Source: a virus
DNA length: 64,000 nucleotides
IMG/VR virus record: IMGVR_UViG_3300042691_031577
Coordinates: 46,142-110,141 of that record
Reading direction: 5' to 3' (one strand)
Shown here piece by piece: positions 32,501 to 41,734 of this stretch; the first letter of the stretch is position 1; each line of letters opens with the position of its first letter. Both the position numbers and the translations under genes were made by a program. The notes under the pieces are model-generated. The model did not search any database and had not been told where the DNA came from. It saw only the letters and a list, made by a program, of their open reading frames with translations.

Positions 32501-33318
32501 TTAGAAATAGGGATACTAAAATTAGCTCCTCTTAACATTAATGGTGGTGGAGGAGAGATTAAAGTATCTAAATTAATACTAAAAGCATATGGGCTTACTT
32601 TTTCTTCAACTACCCATAAATCTGCTTTTTCAATAATATTATCTGGTAGAGGGTCATAAAGTTTAAATAGGATCTCATACCCAGCATCTATTTTATCTAA
32701 AGCTATGTTTACCGTTATAACTTGAGTATTTAAACCAAAGTTAACAAGATAATTAATAAAATAAGGAGATGAATTTATTTCATCTATTAAACTATTAGCA
32801 ATAGTTTCTATTTCTTCATTTGATTTAGAAGTAGAAGCTATACTAATTTCTGTTCTATCAGCTGATATTCTTTTTAAGAAAAATGTATCATCAGGTGAAC
32901 CTACTTTATTTTTAAAGAAATTATATTGTGTTCTAAATTCACCTGATCTATACCCAGAATCTTGTAAATCTTTTACAGGATCGATTTCAATAGAGGTAAA
33001 TGAAGAACCGGTATCCGGTGTATTAGAGTTTAATGTTCCTAAATCACTATTTGTTATTTGATTTTCTGAGTTAGGAGCAGGAGTAAATGCTGGGGTTAAA
33101 CCTGAATCTGTTGGAAGTTTAAATTTACTGTAAGCGTAATCTAATCCTAATAATGAAGCCCCACTAACATCGTATATAAAATATTCTATATAATCTGTAT
33201 CAGGATCAAAATAGTTTTGAATTTCTTGTACTCCAATTAATCTAATATCATCTATTGAGTATCTACTGACAATATCAGTATCTGTTATATTTCCTATTAT
33301 CTGAATATTATTGGCCAT
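29563..33318 (-). CDS. Large baseplate/tail protein
   Basis: 1251 aa in the tail cluster; FLNMIGHYFD and LLVKTKGT..GL motifs are baseplate-wedge-like. Confidence 0.7.
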   Translation of the reverse strand: MANNIQIIGNITDTDIVSRYSIDDIRLIGVQEIQNYFDPDTDYIEYFIYDVSGASLLGLDYAYSKFKLPTDSGLTPAFTPAPNSENQITNSDLGTLNSNTPDTGSSFTSIEIDPVKDLQDSGYRSGEFRTQYNFFKNKVGSPDDTFFLKRISADRTEISIASTSKSNEEIETIANSLIDEINSSPYFINYLVNFGLNTQVITVNIALDKIDAGYEILFKLYDPLPDNIIEKADLWVVEEKVSPYAFSINLDTLISPPPPLMLRGANFSIPISKEINTISTQYSGYNNLFSSLQLTQSNTYNKLSNALTSNSIAINVDYTDYDNFSFFGSVEQRLDGFYNKVKDIEDYSNLILNYSSSASFNPYLKLEINKYSASINNIISNFDGYETYLYFESTSYAWPKSTSTLPYTLFPTGSTSASVWFNNAISSASIYDELNANNLINGIPTYLRDDPDNNQYLLFLNMIGHYFDNIWILLKSVTDINLANNNPNKGISNDLVYQVLKSLGIDLFNSNEGESLEQYIVGNNTGSFIYSGSLTDFSATSSYLNNIPRKDLTYELYKRIYHNLPLLVKTKGTTAGLQNIITMFGVTSSILNVKEYGGESKTEYLKGYSTNKVRLSDTISTGSVLSPLTTIQQIPTSSVDYLDNDLQFVDISFSPQTQIDLYISQSISSSNPSWDMDEYIGDPRQQYYNTYPDLDIQRKIYFEQGTGSYSGFTSSYLDYNGFIRLIQFFDNSLFKTLESFVPARTSLSTGITINSPVLERNKFAYANPTTSTTESIHEGEINSGSIGSEYGFLYDNLPDDKAAYYDGEISGSKVNLYDTYFIPSNENPYLTDIDVWNSQHDVTESISLEKFALSDYNVLFNNVSSSVTSSVRKIIENPGLPDIVLEQKTSSISSSAELQDSYLSLTSYKNSRHDGSKIISSRYNEFTNGDSGSFGLTSAIDKFQAFFLTFKEIRGAYPELVNKSTLWINSLVDKDGNQTTVNFSTGSAYYYNLINNFVKDSVVNLQITTLPAGSSQTDLDQSTTVYRPALLWPKVILTNESGSNTTLGYPQWVTASLAFYESNSTGSIINKRQLTRLEASWSFGANSRNVLTASSDLASIFYYSKNAGTIYSDLNYPWAQDITSQSFAGVGGYDTPIPTIPKVGQEIRFLQNEDYVYNIISFDMTPPVIFTPAFFYLYLYLDKSISTNLTATTINNGYLIREYQIDPSKLVINAPKLVGNAPGYMTPQYMSPELATNLNGVVETLKENGIL

Positions 33319-33655
33319 TTCTACCCGATGTTAATGTCTGTATTGTTTGTTGTGCTGTTAAAACTTCTTGTCTTAAAGTAGTTATTTCTGCTAGTAACGC
33401 CTGAACGTCATCTGTGTTTAAATTAATTCCTAAATATTCCGCTTCTTTTTCTAAGATAAATCTATGAGAATCTGCATCTCCTTCTTTAGGAATTTGAAAA
33501 AATAATTGTTCATATAACGTAAAAAAATCCTCTAATGTAAAACTAAGAGTATCTTCTCCTTGTGTAGTATCAATTAATTGAGAAAATTGAGTATCTACTA
33601 CTTTAGGAAAATTATCTTTGTCAAATATCTGTTTTTGTATAGGTATTTTAGACAT
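33308..33655 (-). CDS. Hypothetical structural protein
   Basis: 115 aa, coupled within the tail operon. Confidence 0.65.
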   Translation of the reverse strand: MSKIPIQKQIFDKDNFPKVVDTQFSQLIDTTQGEDTLSFTLEDFFTLYEQLFFQIPKEGDADSHRFILEKEAEYLGINLNTDDVQALLAEITTLRQEVLTAQQTIQTLTSGRNGQ

Positions 33656-34746
33656 TATCTTATAACTTTAAAATAATAATCTTGGTTTAAAACTAAAACT
33701 TCTTTATTAGACAATACTGTTTTAACTAGTAATTGATAATAACGTTCTGGTTGTAATCCATTCATATAAACATCAAAATAATTGCCTTGTGAATCAGCAC
33801 TTATTTTTGTATAATTAGTGTCGAAATCTACAATAATTTCTTCAGTATCCAAATCTTTTATTGACCAATATGAAGAAGAAGGTAATATTTTATTATTCAA
33901 ATATACGGAAGCAGTTTGGAAAGTCCTAGTAGGAAATTTATCTCTTACATTTACTCTAAAACGTTGTACTGAGTCTTGCTGATATTCGCTCTGATTATTT
34001 GTTATAGTAGCTACTATTAAATCAGATGTGATTTGCGTTAATGAACTACTATAAACTGAGTCATTCCAACGAATTTCTAAACAAGGTGGGTATATAGTAT
34101 GAGTCTCTGCTGAAAAGTATTTAGTTTCAAATTTAGAAGCAGTGGTAAATTCTATAGAATTTGAATGTTTTACTATAAATCCTTCATTAGAAATAGAAGA
34201 GCTTGACCATGCATTTACAGTATTGGTTACCTTTAATTCAATATCTTTTGAACTATTGTGACTGAAGGATTGGCTAGTTTCATATGACCCAGTAAACCAT
34301 AATCCACCACCTGAATTAGAACCTGTGTATGAACCTGTTGTTCCTGCTGGGAATCCTATGCCAAACCATGTACTTCCACTTATTTCATCTCTATATTTCC
34401 AACTAACACCATCAGTAGTTATGGGTGAATCAGCTAATTTACCAGTACCCACATTCCAACTTCCGGATATAGGATAACCATATATTGTATAATCTAATGG
34501 AATTTCACTAGCATATGCTAGATATAGTTTTAGGTAGGCATCATACGTGCTTCCTGAAATTTTATTGCTTATTACGTCTGTAATTTCGCTTTGTGGAAAT
34601 TTTAATAACAAACGTGATACCTCATTGGTACTTGTTATTGTGTAAAATGTACTTAATTCTAATATTTCATCTAATCCTGAATTAAGACTATTATAATATG
34701 AATACAACGTGGCGCTTTTTTCAGGAAATATTTTATAAACTGCCAT
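33655..34746 (-). CDS. Beta-rich virion protein (DNRLRE-like)
   Basis: ATLYS...NSGLDEILE...SRLLLKF...NEGFIVK...KYFSAETHTIYPPCLE. Confidence 0.6.
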   Translation of the reverse strand: MAVYKIFPEKSATLYSYYNSLNSGLDEILELSTFYTITSTNEVSRLLLKFPQSEITDVISNKISGSTYDAYLKLYLAYASEIPLDYTIYGYPISGSWNVGTGKLADSPITTDGVSWKYRDEISGSTWFGIGFPAGTTGSYTGSNSGGGLWFTGSYETSQSFSHNSSKDIELKVTNTVNAWSSSSISNEGFIVKHSNSIEFTTASKFETKYFSAETHTIYPPCLEIRWNDSVYSSSLTQITSDLIVATITNNQSEYQQDSVQRFRVNVRDKFPTRTFQTASVYLNNKILPSSSYWSIKDLDTEEIIVDFDTNYTKISADSQGNYFDVYMNGLQPERYYQLLVKTVLSNKEVLVLNQDYYFKVIR

Positions 34747-34785
34747 AAATATAGTTTTTATACATATAAATATGGCAGTTATAAA
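34732..34785 (-). promoter_or_regulatory. Start-codon-sequestering inverted repeat enclosing a late promoter motif
   Basis: Arms AACTGCCATA at 34738-34747 and TATGGCAGTT at 34771-34780; motif at 34765-34773. Confidence 0.65.
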
Positions 34786-34857
34786 TTTTTATTTATATAT
34801 CGTAATTATCTATAAAATCAGGATATTCTTCCTCTATTACTTCCATAATTTGGTCAC

Positions 34858-34959
34858 TTAGTTAGCTTTTAAAGAAGCAATTACTTTACGATTTTCTTGT
34901 ATACGTTTTATATTTTTTAAAACGTTTTTTCTGTTGCGTTTTTTAGGTTGACTTTTCAT
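34858..34959 (-). CDS. Small basic peptide (33 aa)
   Basis: MKSQPKKRNRKNVLKNIKRIQENRKVIASLKAN*; TAATG overlap with the lysin stop. Confidence 0.5.
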   Translation of the reverse strand: MKSQPKKRNRKNVLKNIKRIQENRKVIASLKAN

Positions 34960-35549
34960 TACTTAATATCAGCACTTTCAATTAAAGTATAAGTAAATGA
35001 TGGGCCATGGATTTTAGCTGCTTCACGAGCAATAACCATGAATGCTTCAAAATCAGCTGCTTTTTTAAACACTTGACATCCTTCAGACCAGTTTTCTACA
35101 TAAGTAGAATCAACACCTGCTTTATGAATATTAATACCAAAAATACCTTCTTGTATTTTAGTTTCATCATAAGTCATGTCTTTGTTTGCATCACGATAAA
35201 CTTTAACTGGTTTAGCTTGTTTTAAAGCCTCATATTTACCTTGGTGTAAACCTAAAGTGTGTGAACCACGATATTGTCCTTCAACTAAACGAGCAACACC
35301 TGCTGCGTTGTGAAATTCTTTTACACCTTTAGTACCTGGATCAGTTGTGCACTGCCATTGTTTAAATACCCAGTTACCACCTACTTTGTAAGATACAGTC
35401 ATTGTATCATCAAATACGTTTGTAACTTTGTTACCTGTTGCTGAGTTACGAACACCAACAATATTTAGATCGTAATCTTTAGTTCCTTCGAACCATACAT
35501 AACCTTTTGCTTTTACAGCTGCTTCGATTTGTTCTTTTGTGTATGCCAT
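34959..35549 (-). CDS. Putative endolysin with L,D-transpeptidase (YkuD)-like catalytic motif
   Basis: GINIHKAG...NWSEGCQV (H...SxGC); probable start MAYTKEQ at 35549, after the late motif at 35570-35578. Confidence 0.65.
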   Translation of the reverse strand: MAYTKEQIEAAVKAKGYVWFEGTKDYDLNIVGVRNSATGNKVTNVFDDTMTVSYKVGGNWVFKQWQCTTDPGTKGVKEFHNAAGVARLVEGQYRGSHTLGLHQGKYEALKQAKPVKVYRDANKDMTYDETKIQEGIFGINIHKAGVDSTYVENWSEGCQVFKKAADFEAFMVIAREAAKIHGPSFTYTLIESADIK

Positions 35550-35592
35550 AATTATAAGATTTATTTTCCTATAAATATGGTATATACATGTT

Positions 35593-36249
35593 TTATTCAA
35601 AAATTACTTTCATCTCGTAATTCTTAATTTCTTGACGACCAAAATCACTATTGAAAACAACTCTCATAAAAATAGTAGCAGTATCCCCAATCATTTCATC
35701 ATCTAAAAATATATTAATTCCCGGTTGATACGTGTACTTACTGTAAACTGCTAATATTGTACGAGCATATGGTTTTTCCCATCCTGTGAATTTTTTAGGT
35801 ATTTGATATCCAACAATATTAGTGGGAGACATAAAATCAGATAAACCAGCCATTGTGTAAGTACGTGTCCCAACAGGAATTGGATCTTTAAAACGCTTAT
35901 CCGTGTATAGTCCTAAAAATGAATATACTGGGTATCTATATCTAACTGTGTCAAACAATACAAAATAATCCGAATCAAAACCTACTTCAATTAATGGAAC
36001 TTCATTGATTACGTATTTTGGAATTAATTCTGATAGTTCTCCTCTTATTGTAAAGTAATTTAATCCAATATATTTTATATGGTGATATCCATTTAAATCA
36101 ATTGAATCTTCTCCAGGACCTGAAATGTAAAAGAAGCCTTCACAGTTTCCATTTAAACAAGGGTAAGGCCCTTTTTCTTCTTCATCTTCTGGTTTAACAC
36201 AAGAAAATAAACTAATGCTTAGTAAAGCAAATAAAATAATTTTTTTCAT
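35593..36249 (-). CDS. Lipoprotein
   Basis: Signal peptide II with lipobox, MKKIILFALLSISLFSC, then an acidic stretch; own hairpin promoter at 36262-36291. Confidence 0.8.
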   Translation of the reverse strand: MKKIILFALLSISLFSCVKPEDEEEKGPYPCLNGNCEGFFYISGPGEDSIDLNGYHHIKYIGLNYFTIRGELSELIPKYVINEVPLIEVGFDSDYFVLFDTVRYRYPVYSFLGLYTDKRFKDPIPVGTRTYTMAGLSDFMSPTNIVGYQIPKKFTGWEKPYARTILAVYSKYTYQPGINIFLDDEMIGDTATIFMRVVFNSDFGRQEIKNYEMKVIFE

Positions 36250-36295
36250 AACCTTTTTTTGTAAACATAAGAAGAGGACTTTGCCCTCCTCATAT

Positions 36296-38119
36296 TTAAA
36301 GTATTACTACTCTTCCTTGTATGTCTGTATTAGGGTATCTAATCTCAAAAATAGAAGGATCTAATGAAGGATAAATAACTCCATTACTTGTAGCTCCAGG
36401 AATATCATATCCATATAAAGAATAAGTAGCTCCTGTTGAATCTTGTTTATTTATTATTTCAACCTTTACTACTGACTGTACACCTCTTACTCTTAATAAT
36501 TTAGATGTTATTTCAGATAATATAATAGGTTGATTAATTTGCCATTTATCTATATTAAAATGATCTTGTAATGTTGATATACAGTTACTAATTACTTCGT
36601 TATTATTAGAACCAGCGGCGGTAGTGATATCAAAATTAACACCTATATTAATATAAAATGCATCTTTAATATTAATAGCATCAGTTGTCATTCTGTACTC
36701 ATTAATATAAGTAACTAAATTATTTTTTAAATTACTGGTTGCGTTGATTAATTGCTTGCTAGAATTATATGCTAGAACGTGCATATCTAATGCTAGTGAA
36801 TTAGGTGTATTACCACTATTATCTGATGATAATGGTTGAGTGGCATATACTTTAGCTATACTTCCGTATTCTGAAGGTAAAGATAAGGCTCTTACTATGT
36901 AGTCTGTTTTAGTTACAGCTCTCATTTGAGATGAATAAGCATATAAAGCATTATTTCTAATTTCTTCAACTTGATCTCCATCTCTACCACCAGTAGCAGG
37001 AGCAGGATTATTACTAACCACGCTTTGTAACACTTGGGTAGGTAAACCTATACCTGGTGGAGTTCCATTCTTAAAATATACTCCAGCGGTATCTATACGT
37101 GTTAAATCATTTGATGGTACGTTTGATGTTATACCACCACCAACTAAATATCTAACTTGTAGTGTAGTATTAGATGGAGCTAAACCATATTCTCTAGTAA
37201 AAAATACAGATGCTTTATTATAGTTATTAGACAAATCCGAAATTCCAGGAACTAATCCTAATTGAATATTATCTGGTGTAGGAATAATATTAGTATCAGA
37301 AGTATTAGATATTCCAGCTCCAAACTCTAGTTGTACTGTATTATCAGATAATAATCTAGATACAAATCGTCTTGGGGTTCTTTGTAGTTGTAATAAATAA
37401 GGAACTTGAGAAGCATCTGATCCGGTATTGGCTATCTTTTGGTATACTGTTCCTTGAGCTAGATAAGGTACTTCATACCATTGGTTACTATCACTTCCTG
37501 TTACGTCTAAAATTTGTAATATATTAGTATCAGTTAAAGTAACAGTTTGAAATTTTTGTGGTGTGGTAAAAGTAGAAGTAGAAGTTTTTATTTCAGCTGA
37601 TATAGCTTTAACTGTTTTTTTAATTAAAAAGAAATTACTATCTACAAAACTTACCTCAGCTCCTGTTAAATCAGTAAAGTCTACCGCTTCAGTTGTTATA
37701 AAATTTATTCCGGTAGAGGTTGAAGTTATATTTGTATTAGCTGGGATTATTAAACCATATACTGTATTATTAGGTACAGTTTCTCCTGTTACTACATTTA
37801 TAGTAGAAGGCATTATTTGATATACATCTAAGTCAACAGAAGAAGCATATGATGCTTTAGGTCTATATCCCATAACATAAGACATGGCATATAAATTTTC
37901 TTTTTCCTTAGCATATAATAAAAAGTTTTCTTGAATTTGTGTATCTAAATAAAATGACATTACATCACCTACATAAGAGGCTAGTTCAATGAACATATTT
38001 CCTGGAGACGCATCCGAAAAATCGTTGTATGTATTTGGAAAATATGTTTTAGCGTAATTTATTAAATTCGCTTTAAAATCACCAAAACTCTTATTTATGT
38101 ATGATATATTATTTGCCAT
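36296..38119 (-). CDS. Baseplate wedge subunit (T4 gp6-like)
   Basis: KSFGDFKANLINY...DFSDASPG.MFIEL.SYVGD; LEFGAG; ATGGRD...EEIR...RAVTKTDY. Confidence 0.9.
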   Translation of the reverse strand: MANNISYINKSFGDFKANLINYAKTYFPNTYNDFSDASPGNMFIELASYVGDVMSFYLDTQIQENFLLYAKEKENLYAMSYVMGYRPKASYASSVDLDVYQIMPSTINVVTGETVPNNTVYGLIIPANTNITSTSTGINFITTEAVDFTDLTGAEVSFVDSNFFLIKKTVKAISAEIKTSTSTFTTPQKFQTVTLTDTNILQILDVTGSDSNQWYEVPYLAQGTVYQKIANTGSDASQVPYLLQLQRTPRRFVSRLLSDNTVQLEFGAGISNTSDTNIIPTPDNIQLGLVPGISDLSNNYNKASVFFTREYGLAPSNTTLQVRYLVGGGITSNVPSNDLTRIDTAGVYFKNGTPPGIGLPTQVLQSVVSNNPAPATGGRDGDQVEEIRNNALYAYSSQMRAVTKTDYIVRALSLPSEYGSIAKVYATQPLSSDNSGNTPNSLALDMHVLAYNSSKQLINATSNLKNNLVTYINEYRMTTDAINIKDAFYINIGVNFDITTAAGSNNNEVISNCISTLQDHFNIDKWQINQPIILSEITSKLLRVRGVQSVVKVEIINKQDSTGATYSLYGYDIPGATSNGVIYPSLDPSIFEIRYPNTDIQGRVVIL

Positions 38120-38121
38120 TT

Positions 38122-38532
38122 TTATTGAAATTCTATAGTAACTTGATCTGGGGTTCCTGAAATATTTAAGGTATAATTAACTGTTACGTTTATGGTATTT
38201 GTATCTTCGCTAAAAACCACATCAACATTGCTTATACTTGCTTGTGGGATATAAGTTGTAAATGAAGCAGCTACTCTATCTTGAATTATACTTTTAAGAT
38301 TATCTGTCATCCCCTCAAATAATAGATCTTTTATATCAGCCCCAAAATTAGGGTTCATTATTCTTTCACCTCTATTTGTTAATAAAAGATTAATAACGTT
38401 AGATTTTATTTGATCTTTAGTACTATATGTTTTATTAAATACCCCGGGTCCATTAAAAGGTAGAGATACCCCAATAGCAATATTTTTTTGCAAATCTAAG
38501 GGATCTATACGTGTTACTTGAGGTATGGGCAT
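38122..38532 (-). CDS. Baseplate wedge subunit (T4 gp25-like)
   Basis: QIKSNVINLLLTNRGERIMNPNFGADIKDLLFE. Confidence 0.92.
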   Translation of the reverse strand: MPIPQVTRIDPLDLQKNIAIGVSLPFNGPGVFNKTYSTKDQIKSNVINLLLTNRGERIMNPNFGADIKDLLFEGMTDNLKSIIQDRVAASFTTYIPQASISNVDVVFSEDTNTINVTVNYTLNISGTPDQVTIEFQ

Positions 38533-38533
38533 G

Positions 38534-38875
38534 TTATCCTAAATTACTTAAACCGGCTTTATCCTGAGCAGTCATACTTAATGCAGCATCCATTATAAAA
38601 TTAGTAAATGGATTTTCATTGGTTTTATCAACAACTAACGGTACACCGTTATTAGATACAGTAGGTTGTTCAAAACCAAACATGGCTCCCATTTTACTTC
38701 TCAATTGTGCTCTTACATCACCTGCGGCTGAAACATCATTGCTAGTAAAATTAAATGTTTTATTTTCTTGCAATGGTTTTGCTGGTTTATTTTCATTTAA
38801 AATAGCATGTAATTCCTCGCGAACTGCTTCGGCTACTGCCTCTTTGATTAAATTTTTAAATGTTTTTACATTCAT
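38534..38875 (-). CDS. Hypothetical protein with leader
   Basis: MNVKTFKNLIKEAVAEAVREE; late motif at 38879-38887. Confidence 0.7.
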   Translation of the reverse strand: MNVKTFKNLIKEAVAEAVREELHAILNENKPAKPLQENKTFNFTSNDVSAAGDVRAQLRSKMGAMFGFEQPTVSNNGVPLVVDKTNENPFTNFIMDAALSMTAQDKAGLSNLG

Positions 38876-38888
38876 ACGTATAAATATT

Positions 38889-40094
38889 TTAAGCTTGTAA
38901 ATTTCGTTGGTCTATAATTATTTTTAATTGATCTATTAATATTTGTGGTTCTAATGTATACGAATAATCACTTTTAACTACTTCTACATTATCTTTATCA
39001 AACGCAGCTGCATAGTGGCGTTTAATGCTGTCTTTAACAAAAGTACGAGGATCTTGATCTTCTTTAATTCTTAATCTAAATCCTTTATAAATTTCATCTT
39101 TTGGTTGTTTAATATCATTTAATAATGCATTGAGATTATCAAGTGAATTTGTGTTTATAGTTTCTATATCTAATTTATTATCAACAGTTTTTAATTGAGC
39201 TTTTAAATCATTTAATTCATCAATTATAGGAATTAAAAGAGCAGTCAGTGTTGCTAATACAATTTGGGCTAACGATAATTTCTTTTGAAGTTCTTCAATT
39301 AGCGGTAAAGGAGGAACTGGGAGTAGGAATAATAAAGGAATTAATATTTGAGTTACTGTGATTATAATTTGAATAATTTGTAAACTTTCTTGAATTCTTG
39401 TAAATGTTCTTTCATTATTATCTAAAACATTATAAGCTGAGTTACGACTTACCCGAGCATTATCTAATTGTTCTGGGGTTTGAGCGTTATCTATTATATC
39501 GTTAGTATTGTCTACTAAAGTTTGAAGACTACTATTTTGAACTGCTAATTTAGAAATTAAAATAGTTCCACTCAATATTAAAAGAGGGGCAAATGATTTA
39601 GTTGTACTGCTTATTAAAGCAGAAATAGCTTTTGTTTTATTTGCTTTATTTCTAATATCTTTTCGTTTTTGTTTGTCCTTTTGTTTTTTCTGTTTATCTT
39701 TTCTACGTTTTTTAGGATCTTTAGTTATGCTTTGAATCTGATTTTCAGTATTTTGCTGTTGGTTATTTAATGATTCTTTTTCAGCAGCGTATCTAGCATT
39801 TTCACTTGCTACTGCTTCTTTATATTCTTCCTCGGTTAATGTAGGTTTAGTTGGAGGTTTAGGTTGATACTGATTTTCTAATTTATTTAGATTAGATTTA
39901 TGTGTTACTTCTAATTCTAATTTTTTCTTTATTATATCTTCTAATTTTTGTTGAAGAATTTGAACCTGTCCTAAAGCAGCAGATATTATTTTTTTCTTTG
40001 CTGCTTCTTTAACTTGATCACCAAAAGCACTAGGTAAGCCAGTACTGGTTAAAGTTTTAGTTATTCCTGGTGATATTAAAGATGATACGTTCAT
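38889..40094 (-). CDS. Hypothetical coiled-coil protein with hydrophobic segments
   Basis: 401 aa between the hub and wedge genes. Confidence 0.65.
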   Translation of the reverse strand: MNVSSLISPGITKTLTSTGLPSAFGDQVKEAAKKKIISAALGQVQILQQKLEDIIKKKLELEVTHKSNLNKLENQYQPKPPTKPTLTEEEYKEAVASENARYAAEKESLNNQQQNTENQIQSITKDPKKRRKDKQKKQKDKQKRKDIRNKANKTKAISALISSTTKSFAPLLILSGTILISKLAVQNSSLQTLVDNTNDIIDNAQTPEQLDNARVSRNSAYNVLDNNERTFTRIQESLQIIQIIITVTQILIPLLFLLPVPPLPLIEELQKKLSLAQIVLATLTALLIPIIDELNDLKAQLKTVDNKLDIETINTNSLDNLNALLNDIKQPKDEIYKGFRLRIKEDQDPRTFVKDSIKRHYAAAFDKDNVEVVKSDYSYTLEPQILIDQLKIIIDQRNLQA

Positions 40095-41314
40095 TATGAT
40101 ATGAATACTTGGTTAGAAGCTATATATTTGTCAGTATTTTCAGGTTTAAACATATCTTTTACCTTTTCCAAATCAGTATTAAGACGGTCAGCAGCTGCTT
40201 TTAAAGTAGGAATAGGTGCTCCTGTACTATCAACTGATGGAGAAGCAGTAGTAGTAAATGTTTGTAATGCTTTTACTAAATCAGATAATAAATCTATTAC
40301 TTTAAAACCTAATAAAACGGGTTCAAGAGGTAAAGAACCATCTGTGTTTTTACCTAAATATATATCATTTGAAGTAAGTTGAATAGAATTTCCTACTAAA
40401 TTAATTCCATTTCCTTTTAAGATAGTATTTGTTTTAGAAAATAACATCACTTCATCCTTTTTAGAATTAATTAATATTCTATCACCATTTAGTACAACTT
40501 GTGAACTATTATAAGAATCAGGTGATGTTGGTTCTCCAATTAATGGAGATTTTAAACCGGTAGAATCTATTTCTATAGGTAAAGCCTGAGTTGACGTTAA
40601 ATAAATGGAAGAAGCATCTTTATTTATTCGTTCTGAGTATAAAGGTTGTGGGGTACTATTAAAACTTAATCCGTTGGAAAGTATTAAAATAGGACTTCCA
40701 TTGTCTCCTATTTTACTCCATTCGTTATAATTTGGGTTATCAGGATTACTATATAATCCAACGGTACTACCGAAACGAATAGATTGGCCTGTTCGACCAG
40801 ATAATATATAATCGCCTTCATATGTTATTAAATTTTTTATATTTCCATTTTCATTATATGTTTTTCCTAAAGGAGAATTACTATCAGAAGATTGAGCATT
40901 TTGTTCACTGTTTCCCCAAAGATTAACAGTACATAGCCAATATGATATATCTCCTTTAGTATCTTTTTTTGTTTGAGACCCTATAGATGCTCCTGGTAGT
41001 ATAAGAATTATTTCACTTAATAAAGGATAGTCTTGAATATTACTGTAGAAAGGGTAAGCAATATCACATGTATTTAAAAAATCATCTGTCAAACTTCCAT
41101 TTTCAGTTCGGCTAGCATAATAGTCTTTATAAAATACGGCTCCTACCCTTTTATTTGCTTTTTCATACATCTTGGCAGTAGGCAGATTAATACCAGTAAC
41201 TACCCCAAAAACCTTTCCATATGAAGAAATAGAAGCTTCATTTTGCTCTGTAGTTTTTTTCTTTACAGGGTTGCTTATTTGGTTACTACCTTTTAAACCG
41301 TATTTTAAAGCCAT
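40094..41314 (-). CDS. Baseplate hub/spike protein (gp5/VgrG-like)
   Basis: YEGDYILSGRTGQSIRFGS, SQVVLNGDRILINSK, IYLG...EPVLLG; upstream of gp25/gp6-like genes. Confidence 0.65.
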   Translation of the reverse strand: MALKYGLKGSNQISNPVKKKTTEQNEASISSYGKVFGVVTGINLPTAKMYEKANKRVGAVFYKDYYASRTENGSLTDDFLNTCDIAYPFYSNIQDYPLLSEIILILPGASIGSQTKKDTKGDISYWLCTVNLWGNSEQNAQSSDSNSPLGKTYNENGNIKNLITYEGDYILSGRTGQSIRFGSTVGLYSNPDNPNYNEWSKIGDNGSPILILSNGLSFNSTPQPLYSERINKDASSIYLTSTQALPIEIDSTGLKSPLIGEPTSPDSYNSSQVVLNGDRILINSKKDEVMLFSKTNTILKGNGINLVGNSIQLTSNDIYLGKNTDGSLPLEPVLLGFKVIDLLSDLVKALQTFTTTASPSVDSTGAPIPTLKAAADRLNTDLEKVKDMFKPENTDKYIASNQVFIS

Positions 41315-41315
41315 T

Positions 41316-41705
41316 TTATTCTAAACGTTTTTGTAAATCTTTCTGAGCAGCCTCTAACAGTTTTGTACCTTCTTCCTTAATAGCATTTTGTTCGTCTAAC
41401 AATAATTGAATTTCGCTCATATCTATCAACGATTCACTAGTTGAAGACGAATTATTAGTAGCTCGCTGTGCTATCCCAGCCATTTTTATTAATTGATCAT
41501 TATTTTTTACGTTAACATCAATTAGATCTTTTATAGTAGGCATTAACATTACAGCAGAACCAGCATTAGATGATGCAAGAGGCTTGATAGCCCCTATTAA
41601 TTCATTGATCTGACTATCAACAGATTTATTATTTTTATGTATCTGCTTAAATATGTCTGACAATGAAGTATTACCAAAAAGCGTTATATCATCAAAATTG
41701 GTCAT
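41316..41705 (-). CDS. Hypothetical helical protein
   Basis: 129 aa; late motif at 41719-41727. Confidence 0.65.
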   Translation of the reverse strand: MTNFDDITLFGNTSLSDIFKQIHKNNKSVDSQINELIGAIKPLASSNAGSAVMLMPTIKDLIDVNVKNNDQLIKMAGIAQRATNNSSSTSESLIDMSEIQLLLDEQNAIKEEGTKLLEAAQKDLQKRLE

Positions 41706-41734
41706 AATCGTTGTTTATTATAAATATGAGTTAT

